Source: Octopus sinensis (Eukaryota). From it: 64,000 nucleotides of DNA. The stretch spans positions 154,256,001-154,320,000 of the forward strand of contig NC_043000.1 of the NCBI RefSeq assembly GCF_006345805.1, given 5' to 3'. The position numbers were made by a program, and so were the translations under genes. A model generated the notes under the pieces. The model was given only the letters and a program-made list of their open reading frames with translations, ran no database searches and had not been told where the DNA came from. Shown piece by piece: positions 38,498 through 52,327 of the stretch (position 1 is its first letter; the number at the start of each line of letters is the position of its first letter).

Positions 38498-38737
38498 CGT
38501 TTCTGAACTTGGATTCTTGTAAAAATCTCTAAAAATTAAATGCTAAAGATGATCGTTTAAAAAAAGAAGGGAGTGGGGAAAAGACCATTAAATACAAAGG
38601 GTCAATAGTTGAGCAACAAACAAAATGAGAAAAATGAACATCTCTAGCTCAGTCCTTAATTTTTTTTCACTACTTTGCCACTAAGAAGATGCCTAGTCAA
38701 AATATACTGGTTTCAATGAGGAAGAGAAAATATACAT

Positions 38738-39119
38738 AGGCGTAGGAGTGGCTGTGTGGTAAGTAGCTTGCTAACCAACCACATGGTTCCGGGTTCAGTC
38801 CCACTGCGTGGCATCTTGGGCAAGTGTCTTCTGCTATAGCCCCAGGCCGACCAATGCCTTGTGAGTGGATTTGGTAGACGGAAACTGAAAGAAGCCAGTC
38901 ATTATATGTATGCGCGCGCGCATGTGTCCCTAGCATTGCTTGACAACTGATGCTGGTGTGTTTACGTCCCCGTCACTTAGCGGTTCGGCAAAAGAGACCG
39001 ATAGAATAAGTACTGGGCTTACAAAAGAATAAGTCCCGGGGTCGATTTGCTCGACTAAAAAGGCAGTGCTCCAGCATGGCCGCAGTCAAATGACTGAAAC
39101 AAGTAAAAGAGTAAAGAGT
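38738..39119 (+). mobile_element. S1 SINE
   Basis: Full length. TSD (t)atacat. Confidence 0.9.
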
Positions 39120-39654
39120 ATACATACACAAACACACAGATACGAACTTCTTAATGACAGAACCATGCCTACACCAGTATGTGTGCATGTGTTATATGTA
39201 TGCGCAAAGAACATATGCATACACATCTATATGTACATATGTATGCACACAAGCATACACATATGCAGATATACATGTGTGCATTTGAACATACATGCTT
39301 AGGTAGACACACATTACAGGTTTTGCTTTTTGTCTGCTGACAAGTTGATTCCACCATATGGAAAGTGCCTTGACCTTTCATCTCCAGAGGTCTGCTATCA
39401 TGAGATTTGATATTTTATCTAAGATCTGGAACTCTTCCATTCACCACATCACACATGCAAGTCACGTGCATGCTCACACGTATTAGAGATGCATTTTCCC
39501 CTTACTTTAGCAGATCCATTAAATACCCTAATACATGTACTCAGAGTACCTCTTGGGTAGACTAAGTTTACACATCCAGTGGGTCATGCTCTTCTCAATC
39601 CCTTTTAGCTTCTGGAGATCTTTCATATTGAAACCAACATTTTACTACATTTAA

Positions 39655-39876
39655 CCCTTTTGTTACTAACCCGGTTGAGATCAGCTCTGGCTCTGTGGTA
39701 AAATGTCTAGTTTCCATAAGTTTTGAATTAAAATCTTTCACCAAGCCTTAGCCACAATTAATGTTCCTAACACTAGCTTAATGATATAATTAAGTTATTT
39801 TACTAAATTCTTTGTTATATTTAAAATAATTGAAAGAAACACAGAGCATCTCAAAATAAATACAGTAGCGCAAGGG
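39655..39876. mobile_element. M1 piggyBac-type MITE
   Basis: TTAA|CCCTTT ... AAGGG|TTAA. Confidence 0.88.
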
Positions 39877-40389
39877 TTAACACGGACTACATTTAGTCAT
39901 CCATTCATACAAAAAGAAACCTTTTGTTGCTAACAGAGACAGCTTCCACCTCTTCCACCCTTTTATTACACCTGTTATTATACTTTTGCTATACATCTAT
40001 CTCCTGCTTTAATTAGATCACCTTGGTAACAGAAACTATGAACTGCACTGTCTGGTGCTCCAAACAATGCAGGTCAGGTGCATTACTCATTAAATGTATG
40101 CTATGCCTATGCACCTATCATGTCTATTTGTCAGAAATTCCACTGCACATTATTTATACATATTGCTTGCACTGATTACACAGTACAAAAAAAACATTGT
40201 ACAATCTGAAGGATTTTGTGTTCCCTCTTACTAACTTGTATATCAATCCTTTGAATTTTACATTTTCAGATTTAGGACTTTTTATTCAACTCCTTGACAG
40301 ATTGTGCCACCAGATAACCAGATTATCAGCATATCAATGTTACCAGGACCAATCAATCTTGAATTGCCTTGTTACACCCTGAGGAATTA

Positions 40390-40749
40390 TCGATGCCAGC
40401 ACCGCCTCGACTGGCTTCTGTGCCAGTGGCACGTAAACAGCAGCACCATCCGAATCGTGGCCGATGCCAGTGCCGCCTCGACTGGCTTCCGTGCTGGTGG
40501 CACGTAAAATGCACCAATCCGACCGTGGCCATTGCCAGCCTCGCCTGGCACCTGTGCAGGTGGCACGTAAAAAGCACCCACTACACTCACGGAGTGGTTG
40601 GCGTTAGGAAGGGCATTCAACTGTAGAAACATTGCCAGATAAGACTGGAGCCTGGTGCAGCCTTCTGGCTTCCCAGATCCCCGGTCGAACCGTCCAACCC
40701 ATGCTAGCATGGAAAACGGACGTTAAACGACGATGATGATGATGATGAT
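40390..40749 (+). mobile_element. S3 retroposon
   Basis: Three subrepeats plus core plus (GAT)n tail. Confidence 0.85.
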
Positions 40750-41456
40750 ATATAAAAAAAATTGTAAGAGAAAGAAACTGAGCTACAGTCTTTATGCTAA
40801 ATTTCTCAAACTTGCTAAAAGATTTTTGTATGTACATGGCTTTCATGGGCCTCATGATCTGCTCAGATCTTCAGATTAGATGAGTAGTATAGACATTATG
40901 TAAAACCTCCCTCTCTAGCGTGCACACACACACACAGCCTTGCAAGAGATGATCACGAAAAAAAAAAAAAATCACAATTGCTAAAAAATAATGTGTAGAC
41001 CTAGTAAAAATGGAATAAGGTCCTAAGCCACATCAAAGGGGAAATAAAATTGGTGGGCAGGAATAAACAAATTAAAACCCACAGGAATGTGAACTGGTAG
41101 CTTTTTTTTTCTTTATTCATAAAATGAAACAAAAATAGTAACATAGTAACATACATGCAGGCAATCCTATTCTGACATCCCAGTCTAAATATAGCATATA
41201 TCCTGCTGCTTCATGATACAGAAAGACATCTTGACAAGGATATGTAATTTCAAACTTCTAATGTGCTTCCAAGAAAGTGAATGAAAGAATAAGTAGAATG
41301 GATTAGAATCAGAGAGGCCAATAAATTAAAGACTGGTTTTAAGTAGTGGAGTCGTTATAATCAATTCTTCAAGAGAGTATCCTAGCAGTCACAATTCTGT
41401 GACACAAAGAAATATATAAAAGCTATCCAGACAAAAACGTAATCCTAATTTTGGGA

Positions 41457-41797
41457 TCATCATCATCATCATTGTTTAGCGTCCGCTTTCCATGGGTTGG
41501 ACGGTTCAACTGGGGTCTGGGAAGCCAGAAGGTTGCACCAGGCCCAGTTTGATCTGGCAATGTTTCTACGGCTGGATGCCCTTCCTAACACCAACTACTA
41601 TATGAGTGTAGTGGGTGCTTTTTACGTGCCACCGGCACAGGTGCCAGACAAGTCTGGCAAATGGCCACGATCGGATGGTGCTTTTTATGTGCCACTGGCA
41701 CGGGGGCCAGGCGAGGCTGGCAACAGCCACGAACGGATGGTGCTTCTTACATGCCACTGGCATGAGGCCAGTCGGGGTGGTGCTGGCAACGGCCACG
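41457..41797 (-). mobile_element. S3 retroposon
   Basis: (CAT)n plus core plus three subrepeats. Confidence 0.85.
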
Positions 41798-41986
41798 AAG
41801 AATCTGATTTAATCCTTATTAACTACTGTACAGACTATAGAAAAGAAATGAAGGGAAGGGAACAGGAAAGTTGTGGGGTTACTCGATAAACCCTTACTGA
41901 CTTAATTGAAATCATGTAAAAGATTGGAAAAGGAATAAATCCCATTGTAAAAACACTATATTTCATTACACTATACCAACATATAT

Positions 41987-42390
41987 ACTCTTTACTCTTT
42001 TTCTCTTTTACTTGTTTCAGTCATTTGACTGCGGCCATGCTGGAGCACCGCCTTTTAATCGAGCAACTCGACCCCGGAACTTATTCTTTTGTAAGCCCAG
42101 TACTTATTCTATCGGTCTCTTTTGCCGAACCGCTAAGTGACAGGGGCATAAACACACCAGCATCGGTTGTCAAGCGACGTTGGGGGGACAAACACAGGCA
42201 TACAAACACACACACGCATATATATACGACGGGCTTCTTTCAGTTTCCGTCTACCAAATCCACTCACAAGGCTTTGGTCGGCCCGAAGCTATAGTAGAAG
42301 ACACTTGCCCAAGGTGCCACGCAATGGGATTGAACCCGGAACCATGTGGTTGGTAAACAAGCTACTTACCACACAGCCACTCCTGCGCCT
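41987..42390 (-). mobile_element. S1 SINE
   Basis: Full-length family match. Confidence 0.9.
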
Positions 42391-43369
42391 AGTAAAAAAA
42401 TTGCTAAGAAATACAAGCATATTGCTATGAGATATCTTCTTCAAGAAATTTGGTTTGGTGATATGGCTTCAATGAATTTATGGTTATGCTTGCCATATCA
42501 ACACATGAAAAAAAATTAGAAAACATGCACTTTTTACACACAATAAATATATATATATATAAAACATGTAACAGTAGGGTGTGGACTTTGCCGGTCACAG
42601 TGCATACTAGCTATCTAGGAGGGCATTAACTCAGAATAAGAACTGGTACAGACCATGGTGACCCATCCAACTTATGTCAGCATGGAAAGGGAGGTGGGAC
42701 AGACGTAAAAATGATATACTCTAACTACAGATAACTTTTCTGCATATGGCTTCTGCCAGCATTATCAAACTTGTCAGATAAATTAGAAATCAAAATTAGC
42801 ATTTGAATCATGTAATTCCTCGTATCACGTTTCTTTCTCACTCTCTCACTCTCTTTTCACATTCCTTTTAGTAGCATTTCTAGTTCCGGATGTAGCTTGC
42901 TATGTCATCTCTAGAGAAGATATACTGAAATAAGTTTTTTTATGTTATCTCCAGTTCCACATGAAGTGTAAAATATTACTTTTTTTAAGATATGTTGTGA
43001 TTTCCATGATTTTTTTTTTTTTTCAGTTCCTAATCAAACAATGTAAACAACCCTGTTTTTTTACTCGTTGTTGAAGAGAAGAACAAGAGCACAAAACATA
43101 AGGGAGTTTTCTACTCCTCACAGCAACTGAATTTGACATTCCATAAACCCAGCCTACCTGATAAGGTGCTAAGTTCAAAACACTAGAATATACTTCTCTT
43201 GATTTACATAACTGAGTGAGCTTAGAGGAAAACTTGAAAACAGGTTCCTTGCATCAATGACTGCCCAAAACCAGAAAGAAAACAGACTCCAACAATTTTT
43301 TTTTTTAAATGGTTGTCATTGTGTATTATATGTACAACACCACATCATATTTGAAAAGCAATCTTTTAA

Positions 43370-43586
43370 CCCTTTCGTTACCAGCCCGGCTGAAACCAGC
43401 TCTGGCTCTGTTGTACAAATGTCTTGTTTTCATAAGGTTTTAATTAAAATTTTCCACCAAACCTTAGTTATCATTCAGCTAGTGTTAGAAACATAAATTG
43501 TGACTAAGTAATTTTACTAAATTCTTTGTTATATTTAAAGTAACTGAAAGAAACACTGAGCATCTCAAAATACAGTAATGAAAGGG
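43370..43586. mobile_element. M1 piggyBac-type MITE
   Basis: TTAA|CCCTTTCGTTAC ... GTAATGAAAGGG|TTAA. Confidence 0.9.
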
Positions 43587-44247
43587 TTAAGTTACAAAGG
43601 CTTAAGTATATAAGTTTTCAGTATGTGAGATGAAGAGTATCAAAGCTTTTCCAGTTATGACTATCTTTTTTTCCAGTTAAAGCTAGATTATATAATGTGT
43701 CTTCCTCCCTCTTGACCGTAGTCTCTGGAGACATTTTGCGTTCCAGATAAAGTACCAGGGTCAATTAAGAGGAAATTACAAGATGACTACTTAACTGGAT
43801 ATTGATGGGACACTAAATTAACTAGAAATTAAAGTTTCATTGTCTACTGAGTCAACATTTAAATCTATACATTTGAGAATAGTTTAACTCCCAATGGAAA
43901 CAAGAGCAAACAATACAATAATAAATTATAAAAAGCTAAATTACCAACAAGTTAAAAGGTTGTATCTGTCTTATCCATTTTTTGTTATATTACTGACATT
44001 TCCTACTATCCAAAGAGAGTTAAAGGAAATCATTTTTAAAGGTGAACATTCTTTGGATGGGGAACAGAAATGCTTTTATGCTACCTTTCAGCAAAGCATG
44101 TGGTTAAAATAGAAGACCTAGTTCACCAAATCATTAGCTTATTGAACCTAAAATGTTCAAGTTGATTGATTGCATAGTACAAGTACAACATTTAAATGAG
44201 TAATTCATCATCAGTTGAAATGTGATATTGCTTCCAGCAATGTATAT

Positions 44248-44506
44248 CTCTTTTCTCTTTCACTTGTTTCAGTCATTTTGACTGCAGCCATGCTGGAGCA
44301 CTGCCTTTAGTCGAGCAAATCGACCCCGGGACATTCTTTTGTAAGCCCAGTACTTATTCTATCAGTCTCTTTTGCCGAACCGCTAGGTGATGGGGACGTA
44401 AACATACCAGCATCGGTTGTCAAGCAATGCTAGAGGGACAAACACAGACACACAAACATATGCACACAGATATATACATACATATATATATATATATACA
44501 TACATA

Positions 44507-44538
<32 letters not shown>

Positions 44539-44739
44539 CATATATATATACATACATATATATATACATACATACATACATACGACGGGCTTCTTTCAGT
44601 TTCCGTCTACCAAATCCACTCACAAGGCTTAGGTCGGCCCGAGGCTATAGCAGAAGACACTTGCCCAAGATGCCACACAGTGGGACTGAACCTGTAACCA
44701 TGTGGTTGGTTAGCAAGCTACTTACCACACAGCCACTCC
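44248..44739 (-). mobile_element. S1 SINE with (TATA/TACA)n expansion
   Basis: Family match. Internal simple repeat at about 44455-44583. Confidence 0.9.
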
Positions 44740-45213
44740 AATAAAAAATAAAATAATCAACCCAAGCAGACTTGTACCTAAGATATAGAAAGTATTACAT
44801 CAGGTTATCTATTCTATATACAAACTGCAGTGCTCTACTCTTGAAAGTGATTCTTCCTTTGTGAATTTGGCACAAGAAAAATACTCTTTTCAAACACACC
44901 TTATGAAAAAATTAAAAAAAAAAACAACATTTCTATTATAAACAAAACCTTCCATTCTCCCCCACTCCCTCTGAGGTAGTAATCCAGCAGGTAATGTTAT
45001 ACATTCAAAGAAAGTCTCCATAGATTTTTATCATCACCAAAGCAAGCATTACACACCCTCCTTGCTTGTAACTATACAGTGCCACTAAGCCACTACCTAA
45101 CCACAGCAGCCTGCACAAATAGAACCAGCAGCCATATGTTGCAAAACTATGAGTCACTCCACTAAATATTGCAGTTTACCAAGACTGGCACAAGTAAGGA
45201 GATGCTAATGAAG

Positions 45214-45253
<40 letters not shown>

Positions 45254-46129
45254 ACATACACTTGCACTCAACTGCAGAAAGACTACTTCAATCTAACAGA
45301 TTAAAAGGCTTTAGTGTAATAAATATTACCCATAAATTTAATTTGGAAATTTAAATAGTCAGCATGGAAAGTGGACGTTAAACGATGATGATGATGATTC
45401 TTAATTTATAAATCAGATGTTGAAATTTTTTTCTTTAATAATGCTATTATTGAAGCTTTTCTCTCTCTCTCACACACACACACACACATGCTTTAGGTAG
45501 ATGCCTATGATCTTTCTTTAACCTAACATTGCAGGGTTTTTTTTAATCTTTTTTTTTTATTATTACTCAGTCCAGAGCATGTCACAAAAACAGTGCATCA
45601 ATGCTGACACTCATGTCAAGGGTTCACCATCACTATCAATAGGAATGGTAAGTCACTCTTGAAAACAACATCAGAGAGAATTTATACTTTTAAATGAATG
45701 ATTTTTATACATTTAACTGTGTGGATGTACATGTGTATTTAAATATAACTATTAGTAAACATCGTTCAAGCGGGGCATCACAGCACAAGATAAACTGCTT
45801 TGCCGTTTTCACTCCAGTTCTGTATGCTCCAAGTTCAAATTCCATTGCAGCCAGCTTTATCTTTCATCCTTTCAGGAGTGATCAAGTAAAGAACTGGTCT
45901 ATGGTAGTGCACAATTATTAGTGCACCAAATGAGATGCCTTGCAGTATAAGTTCTGAGTTCTTGGGTGGGAGACAACCCAGCATTTGGTTTAACACATCT
46001 TAGTCTTGGGATGCCTTCTCTTGCAAGCATTTGAGCCACATCACTCTTCCTTTCATGAAAGGCCCTAAGCACTACCTTTCTCTCCTTGACTAGGCAGAAC
46101 AGTAAGGATTTTTTTTTCCTCCTCTCCAC

Positions 46130-46450
46130 TTACTCATTTCAGTCACTGGACTGCCTTGAAGAATTTTTAGTCAAATAAATCAACCCCAGCAGTCATTTTT
46201 TTGTAAAGCCTGGCACTTATTTATTATTGGTCACTTTGTCAAAATGCTAGGTTGCAGTACGTAAACACACAAACACCTGTTGTCAAGGAGGGGGACAAAT
46301 GGAAGGACACACACACACAAAATAGACTTCTTTCAGTTTCCATCTACCAGATCCACTCACAAGGCTTTGGTCAGCCCAAGGATATAGAAGACACTTGCCT
46401 AAAGCACCACACAGTGGGACTGAACCCAGAACCATGTGGCTGGGAAGCAA
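46130..46450 (-). mobile_element. Older, diverged S1-like SINE
   Basis: Diverged match along most of the S1 length. Confidence 0.7.
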
Positions 46451-48170
46451 ATTTCTTACCATGCAGCCAGTGTTGGTAAAAATAAATTACATTAATTTTT
46501 CAGCAATAATTTAATTAGTAATTAATAAAAATTAAAAAAAAAATTAAAAACATTAAATTGAAATGTTTAACATTTCTAGCAAGTTTAATATGTGGATAGC
46601 AAGTAAAGGGAGAATGTAGTGAGGAGAGTTATTGAAGCGTAAATAAATATCTTCCCCCCTCCCAACCCTTTTTATCAGTCAGTAAGCCAGACTACCATGG
46701 AACTGCAAAAATATCAAGTGAATTAGTGGAATTAACTTTTTAACAACCATACCCATAACCAAAATGTTTGTGGGGTGTATGTGTGTAAAAGATATTAGTA
46801 AATGTATGGGGGGAAAAGATGAGGGAGACAGTGATACTCTTCAGTACAGATATCTTTTATAAATACAGTCCTACTCCACATTAGCATACTTACAACGGGA
46901 ATATATGTTTTGTTGGCTTTATTTAATATGTTAGGTGAAAGTGTGAATGAAATACATTTCAAAGGATCTGTGAATAAAATCCTCAAATTACTAACTAGAA
47001 ATTAATGATTAGTACAGAGGCAGTCACTAACATAATCAACAAAACAAAAAAAAAATAATCTAAGAATAAATTGAAGAAAAGTGTGGTTTTAAGACACACT
47101 TGTAGTTGCTTAGCAGTGCTCCTATGCTGGCAGATTGAGCTATTTCAAGAAATACTATTTTCAGACATGAGATCTTTGTTGTTAACAGCAAATGACTTGA
47201 CAGACATGTCAGCAAACTGGACAAAATGCTTTGAGGTATTTAGTCACAGATCGTTCTGTTCTGAGTTCAAATCCTCCCATGGTCAACTCTGCCGTTCATC
47301 TTTTCCTGTGTTAATGAAATAAAGTAGCCCTCAAATACTGGAATCAATTTAACCAACCGTCCCCCATCTCCAAAATGTGGCCTTGTTACAATGCTAAAAA
47401 TCAATATTACCGACAATAGACAAAGATATAGGAAATGCGCATGACTGAAGTCAATTCAATACAGGAGCAGAGTTTTAAACATCAAAAGGACACCAGATGA
47501 GAACTTCTGGGGTGTTTGACTTGCTAGAAATAGCAGTAAAATTTTAAATAACACCCTACCATCATAAATAAAAAATGGACACTGGCTAATTGCCATCTTA
47601 GATATATCCTTAAAGACAGTATAGATATAGGTTGATCAAAAAATCTACTTGACTAGATCAAGTAAAAGTTAATATCAGAGGCTAACTAATTAGTGTTTTG
47701 TGTAGTGACTGTTTCACAAACAGTGATAGCATGACCTTATGCCATCCACAAGGTTGGCATATTATAACCTGACACCTATTTCTATTTGTGCATTGAAAAA
47801 CTTCAGAACATGTCTTATCAAAGAGATTATGTAACAAAGTCTGTAACAGAATTTGAACTTATAATACATTATATAAAGTGAAAACATAAATAGTAAACAA
47901 GAGCAATGAGAAACATTGCTCCAATACACATTTGATATAAAAATTAAGAACCTACAATTTGGGGCCTTTTTTTTTTCCCAATGTTGTGCACATTAGTATG
48001 CCTGAATGAATATATATGTAAAACTGAAGGTGTATAAACCACAAGAACATATAAGCACTTTTTCTAATTTCATCCATACACTCATATCCATGATGTCATC
48101 AAAATATGACAAGCTCTTATAGCATGTATTTCGGTCAGCTAGTATCAAAGATTGCCGAAATCTACAAAGT

Positions 48171-48571
48171 AGGAGTGGCTGTGTGGTAAGTAGCTTGCTA
48201 ACCAACCACATGGTTCTGGGTTCAGTCCCACTGCGTGGCAGCTTGGGCAAGTGTCTTCTACTATAGCCCCGGGCCGACCAAAGCCTTGTGAGTGGATTTG
48301 GTAGACGGAAACTGAAAGAAGCTCGTCGTATATATGTATATATATATATGTATGTGCTTGTGTGTGTATGTCCCCCTAGCATTGCTTGACAACCGATGCT
48401 GGTGTGTTTACGTCCCTGTCACTTAGCAGTTCGGCAAAAGAGACCGATAGAATAAGTACTGGGCTTACAAAGAATAGGTCCTGGGGTCGAGTTGCTTGAC
48501 TAAAGGTGGTGCTCCAGCATGGCCGCAGTCAAATGACTCAAGCAAGTAAAAGAGAGTAAAAGAGTAAAAGT
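48171..48571 (+). mobile_element. S1 SINE
   Basis: Near full-length family match. Confidence 0.9.
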
Positions 48572-48715
48572 AAGCGTTTAATATTCAGTTTAGAAGACAA
48601 GCGTTAACAATGAACTTCATAACTTTTATTCTACTGAGGCTGCTTGTCCCATTAACACTCCAATTGGAATACACTGCACCAGTATTTTTTCCATATTAAT
48701 TTTCATTTCCCCATA

Positions 48716-49140
48716 ATCATCATCATCGTTTAACATCCATTTTCTATGCTGGCATGGGTTGGATAGTTTGACTGAGGTCTAGCAAGCCAGGAGGCTGCAC
48801 CAGGCTCCAATCTGATCTTGCAATGTTTCAACAGCTGGATGCCCTTCCTAATGCCAGCCACTCCGAGAGTGCAGTGGGTGCTTTTTACGTACCACCGGCA
48901 CAGGAGCCAGTTGGGGTGAGCAGCTGGCATCAGTCACATTTGGATGGTGCTTTTTACGTATCACTGGCATGGGAGCCAGTCAGGCGGCGCTGGCATCAGC
49001 CACGTTCGGATGGTGTCTTTTATGTGCCACCAGCACAAGAGCTCATCAAGGCGAGGGGGCCGGCATTGACCACATTTGAATAGTGCTTTTTATGTGCCAC
49101 TGGCACAGGAGCCAGTCAGGGCGAGGGGGCAGGCATCGAC
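48716..49140 (-). mobile_element. S3 retroposon with four ~65-70-bp subrepeats
   Basis: (CAT)n plus core plus ggtgctttttaygtgccacyggcacaggagccagt units. Confidence 0.85.
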
Positions 49141-49912
49141 TTTCTAACCAGTTTTGAACACTGCCAATGAAATTGACTTTTCTTGATGGAAATAAATATA
49201 ATTAATGTTCAGTGCATTTTACAGTTCATATAGTAAAACGGAAAAGAATTCTCACTTTTCCTCCTTTTCTTTGTAGCAATGACATCAGAAGAAAGGATAG
49301 GAAATGTGATAAATTTGGTGTGGTCAGAGTATTAGAGGATTGGCATGACTAGTAGCCAAAGGTGCTCAGCATGGCATCATTCACAAAAACTTGGAATGTA
49401 ATCATTCCAAATAGTGAAATCAACCATAACATATTGTAACAGTAATACTAGAGTGATTGTAATTCACACACCCACCTCTTTTCACTTCCTATGAACTGTT
49501 ATCTCAAATAACATTGTACTAAGAACTTTACCTAATCTTTACTCTCCACGACAACAGCTCTTAGACACTCCCCCACTAGTATGTTTCCCATTCAACAACT
49601 GACTTTTTATGGGATTAAACTAAACAATTCCATCAACCATACCAAATACTTATTTCCACTATATCTCTACCTCTCCATTCTAAGACATTCTGTAAATGTT
49701 AGTCATTACAGCTCTTCAGAATGGCGCTTCAGAATGTTTCAAGAAAAATAATCACAAAACAATATCAATTAGTAATCTAGAGTAGATTGTTAAATTAATT
49801 GGGGAAGTGGACACTAGAAATAACACAAACCTAACCAACTAAATATAAAAATTGATTGAAGAGCAGAAATTTACTTCTGTTAAAAAAAATAATAAAAAAA
49901 GCTATCATCTAT

Positions 49913-50076
49913 AGGCGCAGGAGTGGCTGTGGTAAGTAGCTTGTCTACCAACCATATGGTTCCAGGTTCAGTCCCACTGCGTGGCACCTTGGGCAAGTGT
50001 CTTCTACTATAGCCTCGGGCCGACCAAAGCCTTGTGAGTGGATTTGGTAGACGGAAACTGAAAGAAGCCCGTCGTA

Positions 50077-50147
<71 letters not shown>

Positions 50148-50329
50148 GCGTGTGTGTATTTGTGTTTGTTCCCTAGTGTTTATGTCCCCCGTTACTTAGC
50201 GGTTCAACAAAAGCGACCGATAGAATAAGTACTGGGCTTACAAAAGAATAAGTCCTGGGGTCGAATTGCTCGATTAAAGGCGGTGCTCCAGCATGGCCGC
50301 AGTCAAATGACTGAAACAAGTAAAAGAGT
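49913..50329 (+). mobile_element. S1 SINE (first of a trio)
   Basis: Family match, with a small deletion after the microsatellite. Confidence 0.9.
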
Positions 50330-51662
50330 ATCTGAAAACAGTAAACACTGGTTTTAATTGAAACTATATTTTGAGTGTCATCAAGACAAGAGAAAACAAT
50401 TACAGAACAATGAAAGAAAAAAGTAATATGCTAAGTGAAAGACAATATGCAATTTTGGTTTGTTACTAACAATGCCACATGCCATGCTAAAGACGGTCAT
50501 CAGCCACTAATGATGTTCGTCATTTCCTGGGCTGGAATTCTCAAGACGAACTAGCAGTTCTCATGCTCTATTACCAAGATATTTTCAATTTCGTTTTTGA
50601 TCTGAAAGCATTCAGTATACTAATACGGACTTGAGTATGGATAGTAATCTACGTAGATAACCGCAGTAATTTTTTGTTATGTTTTAAATATAATTTTTCA
50701 CACCTTCTCACAATACTGTACATATAGGCGCAGGAGTGGCTGTGTGGTAAGTAGCTTGCTAACCAACCACATGATTCTGGGTTCAATCCCACTGCGTGGC
50801 ATCTTGGGCAAGTGTCTTCTGCTATAGCTCCGGGCCGACCAATGCCTTGTGAGTGGATTTGGTAGACGGAAACTGAAAGAAGCCTGTCGCGCGCGCGTGC
50901 GTGCGTGCGTGTTTGTCCCCCTAGCATTGCTTGACAACCGATGCTGGTGTGTGTTTATGTCCCCGTCACTTAGCGGTTCGGCAAAAGATACCGATAGAAT
51001 AAGTACTGGGCTTACAAAAGAATAAGTCCCGGGGTCGATTTGCTCGACTAAAGGCGGTGCTCCAGCATGGCCGCAGTCAAATGACTGAAACAAGTAAAAG
51101 AGTATCTGAAAACAGTAAACACTGGTTTTAATTGAAACTATATTTTGAGTGTCATCAAGACAAGAGAAAACAATTACAGAAGAATGAAAGAAAAAAGTAA
51201 TATGCTAAGTGAAAGACAATATGCAATTTTGGTTTGTTACTAACAATGCCACATGCCATGCTAAAGACGGTCATCAGCCACTAATGATGTTCGTCATTTC
51301 CTGGGCTGGAATTCTCAAGACGAACTAGCAGTTCTCATGCTCTATTACCAAGATATTTTCAATTTCGTTTTTGATCTGAATGCATTCAGTATACTAATAC
51401 GGACTTGAGTATGGATAGTAATCTACGTAGATAACCGCAGTAATTTTTTGTTATGTTTTAAATATAATTTTTCACACCTTCTCACAATACTGTACATATA
51501 GGCGCAGGAGTGGCTGTGTGGTAAGTAGCTTGCTAACCAACCACATGGTTCTGGGTTCAATCCCACTGCGTGGCATCTTGGGCAAGTGTCTTCTGCTATA
51601 GCCCCGGGCCGACCAATGCCTTGTGAGTGGATTTGGTAGACGGAAACTGAAAGAAGCCTGTC

Positions 51663-51717
<55 letters not shown>

Positions 51718-51918
51718 ATATGTGTGTGTGTTTGTCCCCCTAGCATTGCTTGACAACCGATGCTGGTGTGTGTTTACGTCCCCGTCACTTAGCGGTTCGG
51801 CAAAAGAGACCGATAGAATAAGTACTGGGCTTACAAACAATAAGTCCCGGGGTCGATTTGCTCGATTAAAGGCAGTGCTCCAGCATGGCCGCAGTCAAAT
51901 GACTGAAACAAGTAAAAG
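50330..51918 (+). repeat. Tandem duplication, unit ~774 bp (396-bp spacer plus S1 SINE), two copies
   Basis: Spacers 50330-50725 and 51104-51499 differ at only two positions that I could see. SINEs at 50726-51103 and 51500-51918. Confidence 0.93.
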
Positions 51919-52327
51919 TTGGTGGTTCTCTCATCACTACTACAGTAAATATATAATTAAGTTTATGCTTTGCTAATGAGGTTTAATAAAGCGAAAATAT
52001 GTTCAGAATCGTTTTACTATTTGTGCCAAAATACTTAGATATTATGGAACTAATGTTGACATTTACTCATAGCATAATTATTTCTAACATTTCATGATCA
52101 GTACATTAAATATTAACATTAACTATCCTCTTTGTGTTTTAACCCAGTTTGTTTCTTTAAAGTAATGTTTTCATAGAAAATAGAAATTATATGAATTTCT
52201 GATCATTACTGCAAGTTTATATAGTAAATATAATTAAGCACATTCTTAAAGCTATCAACTGATTAAAGAATGATAACATGAATATGACCAATAAACAGAA
52301 AAAAAAAAAATTTTTTTTAATGTACAC

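Noticed and set aside
40280-40340. Minus-strand Trp-Trp codons as candidate DHALWW motif
   Set aside because: The context is wrong and in-frame stops lie nearby.
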